Below, in pieces: positions 63,636 through 64,000 of a DNA stretch of 64,000 nt (positions within the stretch are counted from its first letter, which is position 1; every line of letters starts with the position of its first letter). This stretch comes from Daphnia carinata (lineage: Eukaryota), in the NCBI RefSeq assembly GCF_022539665.2, contig NC_081332.1, positions 4,774,001 to 4,838,000 on the forward strand. Direction: 5' to 3'. The notes below the pieces were generated by a model. The model did not search any database. It saw nothing but the letters and a program-made list of their open reading frames with translations, and was not told the origin of the DNA. The position numbers and the translations under genes were made by a program.

Positions 63636-64000
63636 TTACCACCATCGCTCCACCTGTCTGCGAATTGTGGCACGGCGGCCGGTGCGGCGGCCATTGCGAT
63701 AAGCAGCTGGAATAGGTAAAGGTCCATCAAATTCGATGACGTCATTGAAATCCTCTTCCACGGCAGCTTCGGGAGTAGGTGCAGGAAATTCAACGATCCT
63801 AGCACGAACGGGAGCGTTGAATTTTTCGGGTTTCGGCAACGATTCTGAAATGATGCGCAGCAAAGATTCAGAAGGTGCGGAAGGCGATTCAGCGACCAAT
63901 TTCTCGGGAGTAGGAAGCGATTCGGCTGGGACGAAAGGTTCAACAGATCGTGCTCTATTCGGGGCTCGAGGTGCAGTTTTATACTGGGCTGAATATTTAA
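63636..64000 (-). CDS. Partial 3' end of a Pro/Glu/Arg-rich protein, possibly the next cuticle-cluster gene
   Basis: The frame is open from the window edge (KYSAQYKTAPRAP...) to TAA at 63636 (...RRQVERWW*), with coding-like composition. Confidence 0.55.
   Translation of the reverse strand, partial: KYSAQYKTAPRAPNRARSVEPFVPAESLPTPEKLVAESPSAPSESLLRIISESLPKPEKFNAPVRARIVEFPAPTPEAAVEEDFNDVIEFDGPLPIPAAYRNGRRTGRRATIRRQVERWW

Overview
Eukaryotic, intron-rich, AT-rich genomic DNA. Gene content and short-intron architecture suggest an arthropod, most likely a cladoceran crustacean such as Daphnia (inference). Genes in order: a 13-exon cGMP-dependent protein kinase (+, Pkg21D/DG1-like, ~5.5-20.3 kb, with one apparent homopolymer frameshift); a probable decayed gene (~23.3-24.6 kb); proline dehydrogenase (-); a ~5 kb palindrome (30.2-35.3 kb); a compact housekeeping cluster (GCLM +, TMEM181 -, UTP20 -, TXNDC5 -); and a cuticle-protein cluster (-). 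The palindrome arms each carry a disabled spliced gene and a near-identical GC-rich hairpin-dense block, and its ~500-bp spacer holds three tRNA-like Pol III A/B-box units. Other features absent from the ORF track: three paralogous H/ACA snoRNA candidates in UTP20 introns, a second head-to-head tRNA-like pair next to a CTCF-like motif cluster at the housekeeping/cuticle boundary, and A-rich splice acceptors in the kinase gene. All gene identities come from recalled family motifs; no searches were run.
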